From Marsupella aquatica (Eukaryota; Plantae; Marchantiophyta), in contig OZ316893.1 of the NCBI GenBank assembly GCA_973895155.1, positions 15,034,645 through 15,098,644 of the forward strand: a DNA stretch of 64,000 nt, read 5' to 3'. Shown here in pieces: positions 63,542 through 64,000 of this stretch (its first letter is position 1; every line of letters starts with the position of its first letter). The position numbers and the translations under genes were made by a program. The notes under the pieces are model-generated. The model did no database searches. It had not been told where the DNA came from and was given only the letters and a program-made list of their open reading frames with translations.

Positions 63542-64000
63542 TTCTGAACTCTCTGTGTCTAAATTCGGAGGTGCCAAGCTGTGCACTTCGAGATCAAGAA
63601 CATGAACGAAAATGTAGGGACAATCTCAGCACTGGAGGTACTTTGGACCACAGCAGAGTTCAGCAAAGAACCACCCAGTCTAGGACGAAGTAACAACTTG
63701 TACATTCAAGTGTAAGGTGGCAGCGAGCTCTCTTCTCTTCTTCTCTTCTTCTCTTCTCTTGGCTGGGTCTTCGCTTCGGACTGTGCAGTACTTAGTACTT
63801 AGCTTGCTAACATAGCATCTTTACCTTCATCAATCTCCTAATATACCTTTGATAATGTTCACCACCATCACCCTTTCCTTTCCCACTCTCCCTCTCTGCC
63901 TTGAAACTGAAAGACCATCGACCCATCAGTGATCAGTACACGAATCTCTCGTCTCTCTCCTCCTCTCTCTCCGAAAGCCACTGATTTGAGTATTTCAAAT

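Overview
This is eukaryotic land-plant nuclear DNA, with GT-AG spliced genes, long UTRs and abundant TE relics; a bryophyte/liverwort-like origin is inferred, not shown. Five genes look intact: a Caprin-like RGG protein (AT1G27090 family), a C9orf78/CSU2 homologue, a plastid-type membrane protein, ISD11/LYRM4 and ELC/VPS23. There is also an intronless Kelch+TYW2 wybutosine enzyme with no visible TYW3 domain, a DRIP/BMI1-like RING gene whose 3' part cannot be traced, and a heavily disabled IPK1 pseudogene. Mobile DNA includes a Mutator (MULE) transposase, a decayed Ty1/copia element holding a nested solo LTR with a different U3, a 2.8-kb TIR element carrying an RPA70-C-like OB-fold fragment, two MITEs and several tandem/dispersed repeats. 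No CRISPR array, rRNA or complete tRNA is visible. All calls come from reading the sequence and recalling family motifs; no database search was run. No complete novel multi-gene system is demonstrable. The best leads are the RPA-carrying TIR element, the chimeric solo LTR, the TYW3-less enzyme and a pre-miRNA-like hairpin.
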